NCBI GenBank assembly: GCA_030704615.1
Contig: CM060734.1
Span: forward strand, 26,784,001 to 26,848,000
From: Takakia lepidozioides
Taxonomy: Eukaryota; Plantae; Bryophyta
Direction: 5' to 3'
Length of the DNA stretch: 64,000 nt
The position numbers and the translations under genes were made by a program. The notes beneath the pieces are model-generated. The model was given only the letters and a program-made list of their open reading frames with translations. It did not search any database and was not told the origin of the DNA. Positions 63,501-64,000 of the stretch are shown here, piece after piece. Each line of letters opens with the position of its first letter. Position 1 is the first letter of the stretch.

Positions 63501-64000
63501 AGTGTGTTGGACATACCTTGTTAGAGGTTTGTGTCGAGTATCAGGTCAATCAAAATTGATTGAAAGGGTGAACCTATCGTTCGATGTTCAAATGATCTTT
63601 GATTCTTTCAAACATTGCGAGTGTATTGGACATACCTTGTCAGAGGTATGTGTCGAATATCAGGTCAATCAAAATTGATTGAAAGGGTCAACCCATCGTT
63701 CGATGTTCAAATGATTTTTGATTGCTTTCAAACATTAGGAGTGTGTTGGACATACCTTGTCAAATGCTCCTCTCAAGTATGAATTCAATCAAAATTGATT
63801 GAAAGGGTGAACCCATCGTTCGATGTTCAAATGATTTTTGATTGCTTTCAAACATTGCGAGTGTGTTGGACATACCTTGTCAGAGGTACGTGTGGAGTAT
63901 CAGGTCAATCGAAATTCATTCAAAGGGTCAACCCATCGTGCGATGTTCAAATGGATTTTTGATTGCTTTCAATCTTTGCATGTGTGTTGGACATACCTTG
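54564..64000 (+). repeat. ~120-bp tandem satellite array (~78 monomers, continues past the window) with higher-order structure
   Basis: Monomer: tttttgattgctttcaa(acat/tctt)tgcgagtgtgttggacataccttgtc[acatgctcctctcaagtatgaa / agaggtacgtgtcgagtatcag]gtcaatc(a/g)aaattgatt(g/c)aaagggtgaacccatcgttcgatgttcaaatga. Confidence 0.98.

Noticed and set aside
54564-64000. 5S rDNA array (120-bp period) or protein-coding ORFs
   Set aside because: The monomer does not resemble 5S rRNA, and the short ORFs are recurring translations of the repeat.

Overview
Eukaryotic, repeat-rich plant DNA. A DNMT3-type methyltransferase with DUF3444 suggests a non-flowering land plant, probably bryophyte-like (inference). 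From left to right: (1) a decayed hAT DNA transposon with arrays of hairpin subterminal repeats, nested in the RNase H region of a Ty3/gypsy pol whose integrase ends in a PHD finger; (2) a C-rich decayed element; (3) a foldback MITE and an orphan phosphomannomutase exon; (4) an apparently intact 5-exon MRS2/MGT Mg2+ transporter with a GC-AG intron; (5) a convergent 9-exon DNMT3-like methyltransferase+DUF3444 gene that lacks motifs I-IV here and has one frameshift; (6) directly upstream and co-oriented, a decayed MULE-type transposase (GCM-like zinc domain, DDE, SWIM); (7) two copies of one ~0.81 kb hAT MITE in opposite orientation, each with its own 8-bp TSD; (8) an AT-rich tract with a recurring TTTCGC-N2-GCGAAA palindrome; (9) a degenerate L1-type LINE interrupted by an inverted satellite block; (10) a >9.4 kb array of a ~120-bp satellite with two monomer types and a ~3.73 kb higher-order repeat, running off the right edge. 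All calls come from manual translation and motif recognition; no database searches were run.
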